From positions 21,489,101 to 21,553,100 of the forward strand of contig NC_134025.1 in the NCBI RefSeq assembly GCF_964204645.1: a stretch of DNA of 64,000 nt. The letters run 5' to 3'. The notes under the pieces are model-generated. The model was not told where the DNA came from. It ran no database searches and worked only from the letters and a program-made list of their open reading frames with translations. The translations under genes were made by a program, and so were the position numbers. This document shows, piece after piece, positions 30,860 through 44,096 of the stretch (positions are counted from its first letter, which is position 1; the number at the start of each line of letters is the position of its first letter). Source of the stretch: Tubulanus polymorphus (taxonomy: Eukaryota > Animalia > Nemertea).

Positions 30860-31106
30860 GGCGGGCGTAGGCCTTATGGCTCGACGCGACCTGACACAGG
30901 GACTAGTCACTGTTACAATTCAATTCAATATTTATTCATCATGAAACCTTTCACGATAGTGGATGATAAAAAGAAAATAATTTTCAAAAGAAAAGATGGT
31001 GAATAAATGTTACTGACCATCGTGTTGCAGACAACCAATGAGCCCATTTGCAACCGGTTTCAACTGATTTTGTCACAAGCAGTCGCGAGTCGACCTATGC
31101 CCGCCT
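30860..31106. mobile_element. MITE with GGCGGGC terminal inverted repeats
   Basis: GGCGGGCGTAGG...CCTATGCCCGCC, downstream of the ERP44 stop. Confidence 0.6.
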
Positions 31107-33846
31107 TTGATCTTTCCACATGAAATACACGTAATATTTAACTGCATGCTTTCAGAAATATATGACTGGTTCATTTGATCGAATATTATTTTGATTTATT
31201 TGTTAATGTTTTAATAGATTTTTTTCTTCTAATTGTGATTACGCTACGCAAAATGTGAGAAAGGCAAAGGGTCGAAAGAACGTCGTACGAGCGACTGTAG
31301 TAACATGTATTATTGTCTGTGTTTTTCAATCGCATATAGGAGCAATGATGTCTGTCTGATTTAAGATGAAAGTAAATCGTTTTCGTAACGTTTTCTCGTT
31401 TCCGTCAATTTACGAGTATTCCCGGCCCCGAAATTACCTGTCCTACTGTCTAGAATCTGGTTTTCTTTTAACTGAAGCACCGCAATCTATAGGGGTAACT
31501 TCTAATATCGTCTTGTATTCAGGATCCAGTCCCAAGGCTCTAGGTTGAAATTTAGCTCTGGGTTGAAACATTAGAAATGAACTAACTTTAAGTCTACCTA
31601 GATTCCGACTTAACAGAGAATGAACCGTGGAACTGGGTGTCCTGACTACAAGTCCTAGACATATTATCCAGAATGATTATTTTTTTACACTTTGACTCGT
31701 AATTATGAAGTTTGCAGCAGAAGATAAGGAATCAAAAATTAATTGTAGGATAGGTAAATAGTTGGGGCTAGGGAATACAAGTTACAACTTTTTATTCTTT
31801 TAGCTTTTGCTAAAGAAATAACTCTGGCCTTGAGTTGACTAATCGATATTTCTTATTTCCTCTCCTAAATACTAAGCCAATTTTTCTTTTGTGCATTTGA
31901 GATGCATAATATGGAAACTATATATTTTTCTATCTTGACCATATTCATCAGTCTGTACAGACATTCGAATCAGATGGCATCAAAGCTCGGTTATCCTGTC
32001 ATCTGGTTTGAGTTTCTGCTAATGGTGGATGAAATAGATTATCTTTTTCGTGATGCGTCTTCCATTTTCTTGTGTTCGTTGGTTTGCCGTGGTTTTTTGG
32101 TAGCAATTTTTTCATTTTGCCTTAAGTGTATTAATTTGTGATAACGTTAACTTTGTACAAGGCTACGCTGGAAGTCGATACTTTTGGCTCACCCTTTGTA
32201 GATACAGTAGTCAGACTCGTTTAAGTCACCATAGGTAGGAAATCATTTCCGGTATGTTGATGACTTGATCCAAATAACGACTTACACTTTGTAAATTGTA
32301 CTGGAAATAGACTAGCGACATAATTAATGTGACGACTTATCTGAGTTCAACTGTATTGACTATGTTCCTAAGATTTTGTGATATCGGTTTATATCGGGCC
32401 ATGTTATTAATGCTATGCCAAAGGGTGATGGTCTAGGATCACCTATTCTTGGTATTAGCCGTCAATGTGAGCTTGTGAAAATCTACGTACCGCTGGCTGG
32501 CGATCGGGCAATAATAACACACATATTTTGGTAAGGGTGAAAGGATTCAGAATATCAGATTAGAATTTAAAGGATTTAGAATAAATGATTTCATGAATTC
32601 TCACCGTCGCTGCAATGACTATACCGTTTATGCATGAAACTATTGTTCAGAGTATCCTAGATGTTCATTTTATATCGTTTTGTATGTTGTTGTACACAGT
32701 GACGAAACTAAGGGTTTACGCGATATTCAATATTCTTTTATTATACGTATCAACCGATTCTTGCACCTTTTTCTCATTATGAAATTTTGAAGCACGTTCA
32801 TCCGTCGCTAATACAACTAGTTTTAGAAGTGGATTTGGTGACAGTTTTGTGTTTATGTGACATTTGAAGTTTATATTGGTTTAGTGTACTCTATTCATTC
32901 ATCTGGTATGGATTATAGATCATATTTTATGTACGTACATTTATGTATAGTTGGACTGTAAACAACGAAAGTCAACGTTAAATGATCCGAATGAAGAGGG
33001 TTTGACTGTTTGTGTAACTTTATAATCTGCCTTACTCTACCGAAAATATTTCACTAAAGATTAGAATAAGAGAAATTTCAGCTTGATCCTATCTTCAAAA
33101 TTGTCTTGTACAGTAAACCTCATTTATAATGCCACCGTGGGGACCAGTGAATAATTTGGCGTGAAAACCTGAAAAATATTGGTGTTAAGTGATCAGTGGC
33201 ATTAAAAAGGATGGCGTTATAACAAGCTTTGACTGTTCTTCATTACAAGATTGTATCCTTGAATCGTCATTATAAATCCTAACAACATTAGCCCCTGGCA
33301 TAGACTATTTATCAGTCTCAATGAGATGAGGTTGAGCCTATTTAGATATGCAATTGAGTTTGTACAAATACTTTCGTGTCTTACCACCGCTAAAATGCTA
33401 TCATACAATCAGATTGTCGAGATTTATTTCCTGCTATTTTCTTATTTTTCCTACTCGTTTATACACGTACTATAATTGACCACTTGTTGTTTCCTTTCTT
33501 GTTACGTTTTATGCCGTCTTACCTAGTCAAACCCACTGATGGAGAGTCGGACTATGATTTTGATTAGTGGTGTTTGTATATTGTCATATATGCGCAGTGA
33601 AACTGGAATCAGATATTTTAAGAAATTAACAGAATTCGTATATAGGATTTCTTAGCACGTGTTGGCTATTCTATCATCGGCGGCTGTTTTTGGTTTTCAT
33701 GTAAGGAATATTAGATATTTTCAATCTTCAGTAAATTAATGATTTTTGTTTTTGTAAATATCCATTGCTCATTTCGGAGTTATCGAAACAAAGTAAGCTT
33801 GCATCTCCAGTAGTGTTTGCCTTCTGTATGAATGATCGTATTTCTG

Positions 33847-33965
33847 GGGCCAGTTGCTCAAAAGTTGGTTATAGATGACCGGCGGATGAATACCATAGTA
33901 ACAATGAACTTTAAAATGTCAACTATCTGCTGGTTAGCCCTAACCAACTTTTAAGTAACTGGCCC
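33847..33965. mobile_element. PIF/Harbinger-like MITE
   Basis: CTG|GGGCCAGTTGCTCAAAAGTTGGTTA...TAACCAACTTTTAAGTAACTGGCCC|CTG with a 3-bp TSD; partial copy at about 57752-57780. Confidence 0.85.
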
Positions 33966-34577
33966 CTGAACGTTTAACAATTTTGAAACGTGATGCGTTT
34001 CACAAGGATTTATGCTGTATTACGGCATGTGGCTTAAGTCCAACCCTTGCAGAAATGCCTGCGCTATCGAGTAAAACTGCAGTATTTTGAATAAAAAACA
34101 GGGACTAGTCTCACATAAAAATGTTTCCTAGAAATTGATTTAACCCTAATTGAATTGAATTAATTATTTTATGATTCTGGGTTTAGATTTAACGAGTATA
34201 TATGAACTACTGATTTCATAGCTTCGTCCAAAATGGTGAAAGGCTAATCATTGGATTTCTCAAGTAGTACGGACAAGATGATACACTTCACCAACTTAAA
34301 AAGATCTGTAGTATGAAATAAATGATGTAAATATAAACACGCGTAGATTTTACCTCTATTTATACAGTCATTGTATGTATGGTTCTTGGACGTGTATTTC
34401 ACAAATCATGGTTGATTAAATAAAAAAAGATGGTAATTATTTAAGTATAATCAATTTGACTTCTTCATTCGTTGCACGAGAAGGTTCTTCGGTAGTGTTT
34501 GTAGGTTGTTTTAATTACTGGTATGTTGATTGTTCAGTCGCGTGTGGATAGAATTGATAAGAACAAATAAAACCCTG

Positions 34578-34685
34578 GGGCTGGTTTTATAGATTGGAAT
34601 TGCTTTAACCCAGGGGTTATCTCAATTGAAATTGAATTCAGTTGGCCCCCAGGTTAAAGATAATACCAGTCTATAAAACCAGTCC
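34578..34685. mobile_element. PIF/Harbinger-like MITE
   Basis: CTG|GGGCTGGTTTTATAGATTGG...CCAGTCTATAAAACCAGTCC|CTG; diverged relatives at about 47443-47555 and 53964-54077. Confidence 0.8.
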
Positions 34686-35412
34686 CTGCACGATACAGAT
34701 TAATATCTTGTCTGCACATAGCACTGCGCACTTGGATGGGGACAAACGAAATTGGATTCCAGTTCATTCTGATTAAACATATTTTATGTAAATAACCCAA
34801 GCCCGGTCCCTACAGATAGGTCATTCCTGGATGGATATAAGGGGTTTCAAGGAGTATCAAAGGAGAAAATTCCGAATTTCTAGGATGTGTCTGCATCACT
34901 TTCATATCTCAATTGCTATAGATTCCTCCTAGATGGTCTATAATGGTGGCATTTCTTCCAGAGGCATCAATTCCGAAAATGAGGTACCCATTAAATACGA
35001 GAGCAGGTTATTTGGCTTTCACTCAAATATTTGTTATTATTATTCATATATAATACAAAATAATTATTACGGGATATTTCCTTAAATGAAGCTAACCACA
35101 CCAGGAAAGAGTGAAGAACATAATGAATAACATAAATAAAGGCATCTCTGGTCCATCCATACAGTACATCCATCCTTTAGATGTCGCTTAAATGAAATAT
35201 TATTCACATCTATCAGTACTAAATGGTATACTCAGTATCATGAATGAAAGCCCTCAAAACAAGTTTATTACAGTGAAACCTGTATAACTCGTCATAATTT
35301 GTACAAAAAAATCAACATAAATAGAATTGTCTTTGAATAACTGGCTCCACGGTTAGTTACTGCTGGGTTTTGTACGCCCAAACTTTCATATCGTAAAACG
35401 TGCAATTTAACA

Positions 35413-38400
35413 TCAGGTTATCTTGTCAAGATCATCTGGCAACGACGTAGATTTTTTCTTGAGCGCTTTCATTTCCATGTCGACGTTATTAACTTTTTGC
35501 CTTTTTAAAAACCTACCACCGGTGAATCCTGAAAAAAAACCGAACATAATAAGTAAATACACTACAGATATTTAGAATGAAAACTTCATTTGCCCTGCCA
35601 CACTTTATGTCTAATGTATTTTTCGCTAGTTTATTTCATGCTCCATCAAGCTCAATAACCGTAACACAAGCACCAGTTTTATCAGTTTTATTTCATAGAC
35701 CGGTTTTAATTTTTAAACCTACAATTGAACTCAGTTTACTGATCTGTAAGATTTAACTGGTCAAAACTAGTTATTTGGTTAAATTCACCAAATAAAATCA
35801 AATGCCAAATACATGAAATTCTGGTGAGCATAGACTCTTCCTAAAGATTTTTCTGCTTCTATAGACCTCCAATATACAAACTTCCGCATACATTATGCTG
35901 GTAGTTGTCACAAGTAAATCTGTAATCAATTAATCAGGGATGACCGACATTGTGGATATAATGTGGAGGCCTTGCAAACTTTGCATGTAGCCACTTAATT
36001 TGTTTGCTGAGGATGACATAATTTGATACACATTCTACCCGCATCAATAAAGTAGGCTACTACTGTGATAGTGTGTTTTTGTGTGCTTATCAATTATATG
36101 ATTATGTTGTTTGTGGGACTCATTATGTGCAAAATGCTTAATTCAACGAATATTTTCAATCCAAAAACACTTGTTATACAAGTTAATTGAATGTGTCTAA
36201 GCATTTCAATTTATTTAATTACTCTAAGCTTTCACATATATAATTCTTCTTCTTACCAAGCTACTCTTCATTGCTGCAGTAGCTCAAATCCTTTCAGATC
36301 GAAACTTTAAAAACTCATTTATATGTTCAATATTCTATGTGAAATATGTCCTAACTGCTTACTTTTAAAATGCATTCAATATTTTGATGCATGTATTTTT
36401 CTAAATAAACCGCATATGTAATGCACATATGTGTAGCGTGAATTCAAATAATAAGTATCATTTACGTAATAAATGTGCGATTGTGAGCACATAATGCAAA
36501 GCTTGCAATTGTGAGGGTTGTTAGCTAGACATTATACTATCTTTTAATACACTTATCCAAGAAAATTGCCAATTGAGTTTTGAGTTATGAAGCACATATT
36601 TACTTTATTTCTTATAAATGCGATAGATATATGATAACATTGGCACAGTATGTCTGTACCCCATTGGACTAAGAAAATAACAAAATCTTCCCGAGACATA
36701 CTTGGAATACGGATAAGTCGGATAAAAATTACGGTTCCAATTGATCCGACCATACATAGAACTAGTTCAATGATCCGACTTACGCGTACTCAACTGTACT
36801 ATCACCTTTGAAACAGATTAAAAGATAATGACAATTGGTAAGTCATTAACTCATCAGGGGCAGATCCAGCATTCAAGGCAAGGAAGGGGTTATCCATCTA
36901 AGACGTTTTGGGTCTTCTAAGCTTTGCTGCAATTTCATTATTCGCATACAAAATGATCTTTTAGATCTTCTCGAATTACTAAAAATACTAATTTTCACAA
37001 CAAAATTTTGATATTCTATCAGTTTTTCAAATCTTAATTTGGTTCTATCTTCAGGAAATATTCAGTAACACCTGCTAGATCCGCCACTGCTCATAGTCTA
37101 AGTGGTAACAGTTGAACCTTGCAAGGACCTGAGATCTGTTAGTAATAGTTTAGTGAAACTTTAAAGGTGAAACTGCGTTAACAAAATTGTGAGAATGCAA
37201 GTCCACCCATCAACAACCATATGCCAAAAATTCAAGCTTCTTTCGTGGCAACTGAAATACCAAATACAAGTGAATGAAACTTGCCTTGGATTGTATGATA
37301 CATGCAAATTATTCTGATTTCTGCTTTATGTGGCTCAATTGGAACTTCATGAGCAAACTGCCTCCAGTTAAGCCTAAAATATACCCCAAATGAGTAATAA
37401 TGAGTTCCTAAACAAAGTCCATTGCAATATTTAAGGCGTAATTGGGCTGAAACTATTCCCAACACATAGGGTTGTTTTACAGTTGACTAAGTCCACTCAA
37501 GTTGGACCCATATTCAATCAAATATGCAATCTGATTTAGTTTCTCTCAAGTCAGAGACAAATTTTCATCCATCGAAAGGATCCAACTTGAGACAAGTCTT
37601 ACCATTTAAGATAAAGATACCCCGGGCCAGCCTCGCAAAGCTAAATGATGATAACTAAGTTGCCAATAAAAATCTCATTTTAGATGACATCAAGCTGTGA
37701 AATTGATGCTGATCAGCATTGTGTCGGTAAAGATTTTTCCAAATATATGTTTTCTATTTTCATTCATAGCAGTAAAACATCAAATTAACCATACCTAAAA
37801 TACTGCCACCAACTGCACTAGCCACGCCTAACTTGATACCGGCTACCAATCCTACAGGACCTCCAATGGCACCACCGATCAGTGCTCCCGCCACTGGGTA
37901 TAGGGCAGCTTTATATTTAGCGGCCTGAAATGATAAAAGATTTGATCATCGTCAAAAATTGATACGTATGTCATAGGTATACCATGTATTATTCATTCAG
38001 GCCTATGACCGGGCTCACAAGTTTATGTAAATGCGGGCTTTATGAAATCCTGGACTAAATTATTTCAAAAGTTTTCTATGTTTTTGCTGTTGACTATAAA
38101 AAACTCCATTATCAGGTTGAATGAGGACAGCATTCTGAAGGAGACGATATACACGTAGGTACTTGTATTTGAAATGCAATCATTCCATATGATAATAAGT
38201 TTAAGACCCACCATAAACAAAGTCCAAAAGACAAAGCAAATTTTATCCATCAATAATGAAAATCAAAAGATTTTCGTTTCTCAACTCTCTATAGAGATCA
38301 TCATCAGGTGCGACTCTCTAAGAGTCATACCTGAGAGTTCAAAACATTGTGTCTTTTGGTTTTCACTTTTCTTTTAAACTGGTTCATAGTCGGTTTTAAA

Positions 38401-41400
38401 CTTTTAATCATCTACTCTCCACGTCAGAGTGTGGCTATTCTTCTATTCCGCATGATGATAGCTGTTGGTCAACAGCATTTCAAGCTTTCATTTGATCAAT
38501 AAAATGTGAGACCATTTCCAATAATTTTGATAGAAGTATTACTGGTCTTATGACTCTAATAACAACCATTACTTTTTATGTAAGGACAATCGACAACAAA
38601 CCTTCGCTAAAGAACTAGATCCTTTGGTGACATTTTCATGTGCAGTATCAATATTATCTTCAATATTGTTTATCATCTCTCCTTGAGCCTTTAAAGTAGA
38701 AACATAAATATGAGATGAGTATCATCAATTCCTAAAACTTTAATCCCACACGAAAGTTCAATTTTGCCTTGCTGGACAAATGCTCTTATCGGGCTGACAA
38801 ATCATGGCTCACCGTTTAATTCCTTCTTAGCATCCAGGCACTGGCTAGAGTTAGGTGTTACAGATAGAGGTTGAGCTATGATTTGTCAGTTGCCTCCATA
38901 TCTCAAATGGTTAGAGCATTTCCCTGATAAGTGAAAAATCAGTAGTTTAAATCCTCGTGTCTGGTTGACAGATTTCAACTCAAGTATTTAACACTGGACC
39001 TCAGTACTTCACTAATCTTTTAAATCATACACCTGATTGGATTTATTTGTCAGGTGTTTGTAGCTTAATTAGGAGTTTGATTGAATTAATCGTCAAATGA
39101 TTTCAAGAGCCCCCAAATCTCTCTTGTCGTAGAACCAAGACCCAGGTCAATAAATCAGTTCAGTTTGACTCAAGAGTTGAAAAAAAAAAATCAGAATATT
39201 TTCAAATATTTGATTATCAAATCGAGTCAAATCTTAATTGCTAATTTCTTGTTTGATTTGGACCAAAAGTGAAAATTTGTCTATTCATATAGAATATAGA
39301 ATTTGTCTATTCATATAGAATTTGTCTATTCATTTCTATCCACACGACGAGTGAAAAAATTTAAAACACGCAACCTGTGGTCGTGGATACTCACATGAAC
39401 CACTTCAGCAAAATCCTTCATTAGACCATTTAATTCTAAAAGGTCCTAAAATTCATTGAAACAAAAACAACGAATATTCAGTAACTTCATAGGATAAACA
39501 AACTTCATTTCTTTTATATTTTTGCCTTGTATCAATTCGCAATAGAGCTTTCAAGTATGTTGTAATTCAAAACCATACTCCTTTTCGAAAAGATTTTACT
39601 CATCCAGTTGTATCTTGAATTATTTTGATGAGCAACGCATAGTATTCTAGTAAAATCACTGCTGTTTTATTGTACAGTGCAGTAATTAATCTTTATTTGT
39701 ACAGCGCTACTCGAGAAAACTAATTATCATTAATAACATCATGAGATTAACATGGCGTACTTCTTCTAGCTGATTCCACGAATGCTCAGCGTCATCTTGT
39801 ATTTCTTTTTCCTGTTGTAATTGTAACAAGGGAGCATCTTCAGCAAGGAGCGACTCTGGACGGGAATCTACAAATGAGATGAAAGCCTTACATACTTCCT
39901 GAAGGCCCAAATTCATAGAGAGTTTAAGTTTATATTAATACAGCTCATTTTAGGTAACTCTGGAGACCTTTTTGGACTAATGAAAACTTTTCAGTCGTGC
40001 CACATCGTCCTGCTTTCACAAAAAATGTTGCAAGAGAGTAAATCTTTATAGGGAAATTTGTTATGTACAATATAAAAAATTGTCAAAAGGATCCAGTTTC
40101 GAATTTGCTGCTGAATATTTTCCAAGAGAACTCAAACTGAAAAGTTTTACATAAGCGTTTGTCAAGAAAATTGTTCCTCAAATCGTAATTCAACAGATCC
40201 AAACTTTTAGTCCTGGATTCAACTTTTTTTTGCGAAAATGTAATAATTAGAATAAAATCATTGCAATGCTGAATAGCCTACGTACTTACACTGTAAACTG
40301 TGAGGGTCATTATCATCTACTGATGGCTGCAAAGCTGTACTATAAACATGAAGAAATTCGGAAACTTTTGTCATGGCTTCGTTTCTGACCGTTTTCACTT
40401 TCTCATCGAATACCGGCACATCTTCATCTCTAAGAGAATTTGAAGTACGAGGGTAATTAAACTTAATTATTTCAACCATTTGAATAATCGGTATAATCGA
40501 ACATTCATACAGACTAGTCTTAAGTGTCTAAGGGGCATCTACACTGCAGTGCGATGTATCGGATATGGACTTAGCTAATACACCGCATCGCATGGCGGTG
40601 TATTGATGTTATTGGTAATTAGTTTCTATCTCTATTGATAGATAGCAGCACCTGTCAAACATACTGAAATGTAACAAACAATACACTGTCCTGCGGTGTA
40701 GATGCGCTATAGAGTCATAGCCATTATTCAACACACCTGTGTGGAATTTTTCAAAATTTTCAAATTATCAATGAGAGTCAGCAGTGAAAGGGCTAATGAA
40801 TTTTTGGTGTCATGTAAAAGGAAATTCAGCAGTCTATACTTCCAAAAAGATCATAACACTTATGTTCATATTTTGTGCAAGCTCAGTTTACTTACCTTAT
40901 CTGATGACGAGTTTTCTCCATTTCCCTAATATTTGCCTTCAACTGTTGTACAGTTCGACTTGAATTGATGTGTTCACGATGTAACGATCTCCATTCTGAT
41001 AACACTTTAAACTGAAAATAATCAGCGAATTACGAACTGTTCTAAAGAATTTTCTTTCTTCTACAAACAGGGAATTCATTCGTCCATCCAAGCACAGGAT
41101 TGCGGAAAGCGAATTTCGAACCTGGGTCATCTTCATTCGAATACATCTGTAATTACTTATGTAAGCTCACCCATCTATTACCATGCTATAGTTTTTCTTA
41201 GTTAGTAACAGTTAGTTACAATTAGTTTATTGCTCCACAAAAAAATTATATTGCACAGTGAAAGTGAAAGACCTAGGCAACTAGGGTGGCCCCTTCCATT
41301 CCCCAAACCAGCCTTGACTATCCAAAATGTCTGACTGATGTCCAAAAATACTACCCCCTGTAAATCCAATAAATGGCCTGGAGTCATATGACATTCTATC

Positions 41401-41661
41401 ATAACTCATTCAATCTGCAACATTTTTGACACAGTGACTAACTACATCAGCAACTATTCATAGGAAACTGTGGAACTCGATTGCGATGAAAATATAAGCG
41501 TTACCTTTTGTATATTGAGCTTATGTCTTTGTAATCGCTCAAGATCTATTTCTACAATCTTGATAAATTTATGAATCGTCGGCTCGAGTCGTTTCAGTGG
41601 AAACTTGGTGTAAGTCGATGATTCACCCCTACTCCCCGGCGGCGGCTCATCAATTGATATC
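35413..41661 (-). CDS. STX17: Syntaxin-17 (autophagosomal Qa-SNARE; about 301 aa; start codon not located)
   Basis: Exons 41661-41505, 41011-40896, 40429-40290, 39867-39761, 39445-39395, 38688-38602, 37924-37795, 35528-35413 (904 nt, in frame). Translation includes PLKRLEPTIHKFIKIVEIDLERLQRHK, LHREHINSSRTVQQLKANIREMEK, the SNARE motif SWNQLEEDLLELN...QGEMINNIEDNI, and the glycine-zipper hairpin AAKYKAALYPVAGALIGGAIGGPVGLVAGIKLG...LGFTGG followed by a basic tail. Confidence 0.95.
36855..37089. mobile_element. hAT-like MITE with 5-bp TSD (last STX17 intron)
   Basis: CTCAT|CAGGGGCAGATCCAGC...GCTAGATCCGCCACTG|CTCAT. Confidence 0.8.
38275..38310 (-). ncRNA. Degenerate minimal hammerhead-like motif (Penelope-type remnant)
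   Basis: Minus strand reads CACCTGATGATGATCTCTATAGAGAGTTGAGAAACG; same 5' half as the motif at 60308, but stem II is damaged. Confidence 0.35.
40535..40792 (-). mobile_element. piggyBac-like MITE, family A copy 5 (STX17 intron)
   Basis: Shares GCAGCACCTGTCAAAC and GGAATTTTTCAAAATTTTCAAAT; ends GCAGTGAAAGGG. Confidence 0.8.
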
Positions 41662-42042
41662 CTGAAATGATCGCGTACAAATAAACACAAATCATTCGCA
41701 AATGACAAGAATAGAAATACAGTCAAGTTCAAAGTATTGTTATGTTGATGACTTGTTTTATCCAAACAATGACTTCGACTTAGCTAAAGGTAATTTGTTT
41801 GGAAATACAAGTATTTATTCAAAAATAGATCAGGTAAATAGATTCAAAAATGATCGATGAATTACTCGAAAACCAATTTTTTTTTTTGAATTTTGTTAGC
41901 AGTTAACGTATGCGATGCAACAAGTACTCATAGCTCAGCTATAGTCTGAATACCAGACGTTTTGGTCCCCTACAGTTGTTTGGGGAGCAACGGCTAGATA
42001 CTAGACTGAGCTCAGATTTGTTTGTTTTTTTGCTTTACATCG

Positions 42043-42115
42043 CTTGGACTCGAACCCACTTGTCACTCGGCACTGATAGTGGATGCAACGCCTTATCCCA
42101 CTGAGCTACTTTCCA
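42043..42115 (-). mobile_element. tRNA-derived SINE head or tRNA pseudogene
   Basis: Minus strand has A box TAGCTCAGTGG and B box GGTTCGAGTCC, but the acceptor and anticodon stems do not pair. Confidence 0.55.
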
Positions 42116-43146
42116 CAAGATCATCGAAGCTCGAAGCTTGAATCCAGCCGATTGTTTTAACTACATATAGGCCTTGCATTCAACCCTACCCCTAACCAAC
42201 GCCGGTAAACCCATTCAACCCTCTACTAGAGCGACTCTAATGAAACCTTAACTCCAATAAAACAATTCTATTGTTTTTTTCAGTAGTTTATCTTTTTAAA
42301 GATGTCGGCAAAACGGCATTTACCAAAATATATTGGCGCAATGCGGATTGGCAATTCCTATTTTTGTAAATTATCATGTTACTTTCAGTTTTTCACTCAC
42401 ATTATGATTACGATGGTACCAGAAACTATGTCATTTAATGATGTTCTTAACTAATGATATGTAGAAAAATAAAGCTCGTCACTTTTAATTCAGAAGAAGA
42501 AGTCTGTTTTGGGTTTAACACAAATGAGGAAATGATTTACTGGGTTTTCTGAAATTTGACAAATTAGAATAAAGTTGTTGCGTTGTATGTGTAACAAAAA
42601 ATGACTCAATCAACATCGGATTCGAATCCCTTCTTGAATATAGAAGAAAGCCCTTGGCCTTGGTGATGATTGTTCCCCTGCTTAATTTCTCGGTTCAAAG
42701 ATTCCTTGTTTTTGAAATTCTCGTTTATTTCTAGCACTGTATAGTATAACATGGAAATAAGATTATATTGGATTGACTGGTACATTGAGCGATTGTGTGG
42801 AGAACTGTCAATTAAAATTTATTGATTGTTTCGGTATCATTTTCGCCGACAAAGCCAGAAAATACTGAACTACTTAGACGGATGTGAATTATCGAAGCAA
42901 ATAGTGTAAGATGTTCATTCTCATTAAAAGAAATAGCTCTGCTGGTCAGATAGGCCAAGAAAATTAATAATGGCCTTATATTAGGTCCTCCATTCCAAAA
43001 AGCCAAAAAGGACTAATTATTATTACTATTAGGCGTAAATATACAGCTGTCTCGTCAGCGGGACAACTTATTAATTCAGTGCTGACTGAATGATACCCGA
43101 AATGGCTGGAGATAATCACTGAGACTTGTCACAATTGATAGTGAAT

Positions 43147-44096
43147 GAATAAAACCAGTATCAATGACCAACCCCAGTATCCCTGTATAATAAAAAAAAA
43201 CATTTTTTATTATACAGTGCATGGGCGGATCCAGGGGGATGGGTAGACAGTATTGGAAGGAAATTTAAGGGCACCTTTCTGATCTTAGGGCACACCCAGT
43301 ATCCAGGTCAATGCGAGCGCCGAAGGCGCAAAGTCCTTAGAGGGCGGTCTGGGGGCCCACCCCCAGAAAATTTTGAAAATATGGTACCATTTAAAGGCTT
43401 TTAGAGGGCTTCTAGAGGCTAGCAGAGCAATCCAGAATAAACGAATTCGAGACAAGATTTCAACAGATGCGGATAAAAAATGAAGCTGGCGAACCCATGA
43501 AAGAATGGTCGTCGTCAACTTCGCCTAGTGCCCCTATAATCTTTAAAAGTGCCCCTTAACAATTATACAGAATACGGCTAAGTACCCCTTCATTGTTAAC
43601 AATCGGCAAAAATTGCCTCGTCTTCACATTTATCCTTATGTCGTGTGCCATCTTCCAAACCAAAAGTGCCCCTAAAATTTTAAAAATTAGGCAAAAAAGT
43701 GCCCTTTTCTTCAACATTTTCCGCGTATAGTGCCCTCTTCTAAAGTACGAGTGCCCCTTTAGCCCTCCCTGAAAAGGCAAGGACAAGGTGCCCTCATCTA
43801 AAGCATGAGTGCCCCTTGCAAAAGGAAAGTGCCCTTTTTAATTTATCATGATTAAAGGCTTTACAAATATGATTATCTCTCCTCACTTTCTCGGCAGCAG
43901 TATTTACCGATTAATTTTATAATTAGGCCTATGCCCGGATTACGGACACGGAATTAGGGGTTGCTGAAATAATGCCGTCAAAAATATTGCCGGTGAAATT
44001 TCGAAGGGCACTTAAAAATTCTAGACCGTATTGGGCAATACGGCGGATCCGCCCCTGCAGTGATACTTGGGTTGGTAATTGATACTGGTTTTATTC
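43147..44096. repeat. Palindromic hairpin element split by a nested MITE
   Basis: Left arm GAATAAAACCAGTATCAATGACCAACCCCAGTATCCCTGTATAATAAAAAA; the right arm is rebuilt from about 43203-43219 plus 44063-44096 once the insert is removed. Confidence 0.75.
43220..44057. mobile_element. hAT-like MITE (about 840 bp) with 5-bp TSD
   Basis: CAGTG|CATGGGCGGATCC...GGATCCGCCCCTG|CAGTG; many internal GTGCCC / GGGCAC motifs. Confidence 0.85.

Noticed and set aside
42043-42115. Possible functional tRNA gene (also about 38895-38960)
   Set aside because: A and B boxes are present but no cloverleaf forms; treated as SINE or pseudogene sequence.
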